A stretch of DNA of 64,000 nt from Octopus sinensis (Eukaryota). Position numbers and translations under genes: made by a program. The stretch covers positions 4,774,001 to 4,838,000 of the forward strand of contig NC_043016.1 in NCBI RefSeq assembly GCF_006345805.1, given 5' to 3'. Below, piece by piece: positions 61,326 to 64,000 of the stretch (positions within the stretch are counted from its first letter, which is position 1; every line of letters begins with the position of its first letter). Below the pieces are notes generated by a model. The model was given only the letters and a program-made list of their open reading frames with translations. It was not told the origin of the DNA and ran no database searches.

Positions 61326-62006
61326 TCGATTATTAAATATTAAATAAATAAGTAGATTATTGATTCATTATGATGGGACATATTTTAAATGCAATTAACT
61401 GAGACCTGAACAAGCACATTTGTTAAGGGAGCTATAATAATGGGATCCATTACTAAGGTATTTAGCCCATTATTTTGAGATACTCAATATGTGCTTATAT
61501 TCGTGTGTGTGTGTGTGTGTGTGTGTGTGCATATATATATATATACATATATATATATATGTGTATAAAACGAGAGAAGGAGAGGATATATGAAGAATAA
61601 AAATTATAAAAGACTCAATTTGTGGAATGGTTGATTAAAATAAAAAATAGAAGAGAGATCAACAATAACAAGAAAGGAATTAAAACGGAACGGGTTAAGG
61701 GGAAAACAAAATAGCCAAGATGAAATATGATGAGCGAAAATCTTTATAAATTGTCAGAGGTAAAAACTGAGATTAAGAAATAACAACAAGAAAAAAATAG
61801 TGTGAGAAGGAATGAACAGGCTTAAATGATTTATCAAAGTAAAAGAGTTGGATAAGTTGTGTAGTTAATTAGACTTATGTAAATAAGTATTGAGATAATG
61901 ATGGTATGCATTTGTATGAGTATATGGGAGAAGTATAGTCATAAGGGGTTCAAAGAAAAACACAGCCAGCGCATGTGTCAAAAATATAACAAAAAAATTG
62001 TATTAA

Positions 62007-62115
62007 GTAGGTGGTGGTGGTGGTGGTGGTGGTGTTGCTGGTGGTGGTGGTGGTGGTGGTGGTGGGGAGGTTATATTTGAAATAGTTGGATTATTAGTTA
62101 AGAAATGTGTAGTAC

Positions 62116-62147
<32 letters not shown>

Positions 62148-62149
62148 GC

Positions 62150-62180
<31 letters not shown>

Positions 62181-62519
62181 GAAGAAGAAGAAGTAGAAGA
62201 AGCAGAAGAAGAAGGAGGAGGAGGAGGAGGAGGAGGACAATACATGAAGGAGGGGAGGGGGAGGGGATGAGGCGAAGAAGAAGAAGAAAAGACAATAAGA
62301 AGGAGGAGGAGGAGGAGAAGGAGAACAGACAAAGACAAGAAGAAGGAGAGAAGAAGAGATGAGGATGATGGGGAGAATGAGAAAAAACAGAAGAAGAATA
62401 AGGAGAATGAGGAGGAGGAGAGAGATGGAGGAGAGAAGAAGAAGAAGAAGAAGAAGAAGGGGAAGAAGAAGAAGAAGAAGAAGAAGAAGAAGATGATGAT
62501 GACGATGATGACGATGATC
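62007..62519. repeat. Trinucleotide tracts (GGT)n, (GCA)n, (GAA)n, (GGA)n, (GAT)n
   Basis: Read directly. Confidence 0.95.
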
Positions 62520-63227
62520 TTCGAGCATGCATGTACGAAATAAGTTGAGCTAAATCAGTCATCGACAAACAGCTGGCCACGTTAGTTTCTGGACGGAACG
62601 CCAATGAAGAATTACCTTGAATCTTTTTTTAGCGGTGCGGCCCGTCTGAATATGAGCCATGTTTCATGCGTCCTGCTTCTCGAAAAAGATTGCCTCTGCC
62701 CCAACTAAATAATATTTATATGTTTGTGTTGGTATAATGAGGTGTTACTTGTTTGGGTAACACCTCATTGTATGATTGTATGAACACGAACTAAAAATAC
62801 GAAGACAGAAAACAGATCTATCAACCAAAAGCTGGGACGATAAGGCTTTTTAGATATTTCTTTACTGTGAGGAGGAGTAAAGATGTGGTGATTAAGGCAG
62901 GATTCTTAGTCAATGTAAAAGAAATACGAAAACGAAAAAAGAAAACGGGAAGAAAAGAACCAAAACATAAACAAAGTGAAGAAAAAAAGTAATGAAAAGG
63001 TGGTGATTTTATCCGAAAAAGCATCTTTTATTGATTCTGAAAGACAGCGTTTCATTAAGAGACGATGATGACGGGTGTATTTTCTGACAAAAAGTGTTAT
63101 TTCGTACAACACTTTCGATTTCAGTTTGAAGTTAAACAAATTCACTCCACTAAAAAGAAAAAAAAATATGACTTCTTCAATTAAAAAGACGTTTGAAAGT
63201 TTAACAACTGTATTTGAAAGAAAATAA

Positions 63228-63662
63228 GAATCTTTTCGGTTTGAATAGCATTTTTTAACATAATTTCTAGGTAACTAAACACTTTTAAACTTCGTATACT
63301 GGAGGAATGTGTTTATAAAACATCTTTTTCTCTTGGCTTTATTGAGAAAATTCTATAGTTTGTAAGATATTTGTTGTTTTTTTTCTTCAATTTCTGCAAT
63401 TTCAACCAATCGATGACGTCTATTGAGTTAAAAAACATTCTGTGCCGTATGAATATGTCCCTCGTTTAAAAAACATATTGGGTTTATTTACATTTCTGAA
63501 GAAAAAAAGAGACCCTTCTCTCCACCCCTAACCCTAACCCTAACTAACCCTAAGCCTAAAAGAGATTGAAATGCAATAGATCGATTCTAGGGTCATAATT
63601 ATGGGTGACAATTTCATATGACACCGCTAGAGAAAAGCCGCCGTTCAAACCGAAAAGATCCG
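63228..63662. mobile_element. Second, inverted copy of the 9.2-kb MITE
   Basis: ATCTTTTCGGTTTGAATAGC ... GCCGTTCAAACCGAAAAGATCC; internal CCCTAA repeats at about 63525-63560. Confidence 0.85.
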
Positions 63663-64000
63663 AAAATAATTGTTAAACTATGTGAAATAATAAAAAAAAT
63701 AGGAAAATTTTTCATTCAGTTTGAGAAACGAACTTGTGTAAAACAAATTTCGTAGACCACTACAAATTCATTAATTAATGCATGTAAGAAAAAAAATGGG
63801 AAAAATCCATAATGAGTTTAAGCTCCATGAAAAAAATTTGCTTCTGATTTTTGACGACAAGACGAATCCTCTAATGACTAAATAATTACATTGTTATTTC
63901 ATATCAGTTAATAAGTATAATTTGTTAAATCTCAACTGGTTGTACTCTGTTACCCCATTTGCAAACTTTTACAGAAATCTATGGCTTATAACACTTCCAT

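Noticed and set aside
62094-62604. Poly-Leu/Ser/Arg/Glu ORFs
   Set aside because: Trinucleotide-repeat translations without splice signals or non-repetitive coding sequence.

Overview
AT-rich, repeat-dense eukaryotic genomic DNA. The SINE/LINE families and the extreme microsatellite load look like a coleoid cephalopod, most likely Octopus; this is inferred from family recognition, not a database search. One host coding exon is supportable: 1911-2460 (+), encoding a signal peptide, basic convertase sites, a coiled coil and a Thr/Pro linker, ending ...EAANLPR at a phase-1 GTAAG donor. It is probably exon 1 of a secreted fibrinogen-related (angiopoietin/scabrous-like) gene. No downstream exon was found, so the remaining ~61.5 kb appears to be one intron. 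That intron holds tRNA-derived SINEs (working labels A-D and F), LINE remnants (RTE, CR1, L1/Tx1, R4/Dong, Penelope-like), Tc1/mariner remnants, MITEs and simple repeats. The most unusual signal is a set of hammerhead-ribozyme motifs in short Penelope-terminus-like elements inside (TA)n/(TAA)n tracts. They include a complete type I hammerhead at 12965-13021 (-) and a minimal dimer-type one at 36388-36433 (+). Several are folded back on their own antisense copy as long hairpins. Other notable items are a SINE/CR1 shared 3' tail with a covarying hairpin, recurrent SINE-in-SINE insertion at the same base, a twin-priming-type inverted RTE, and an RTE 3' end carrying tandem C2H2 fingers. Most ORFs in the supplied track are microsatellite artefacts. 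Element boundaries were read by eye and are approximate unless a TSD or TIR is quoted.
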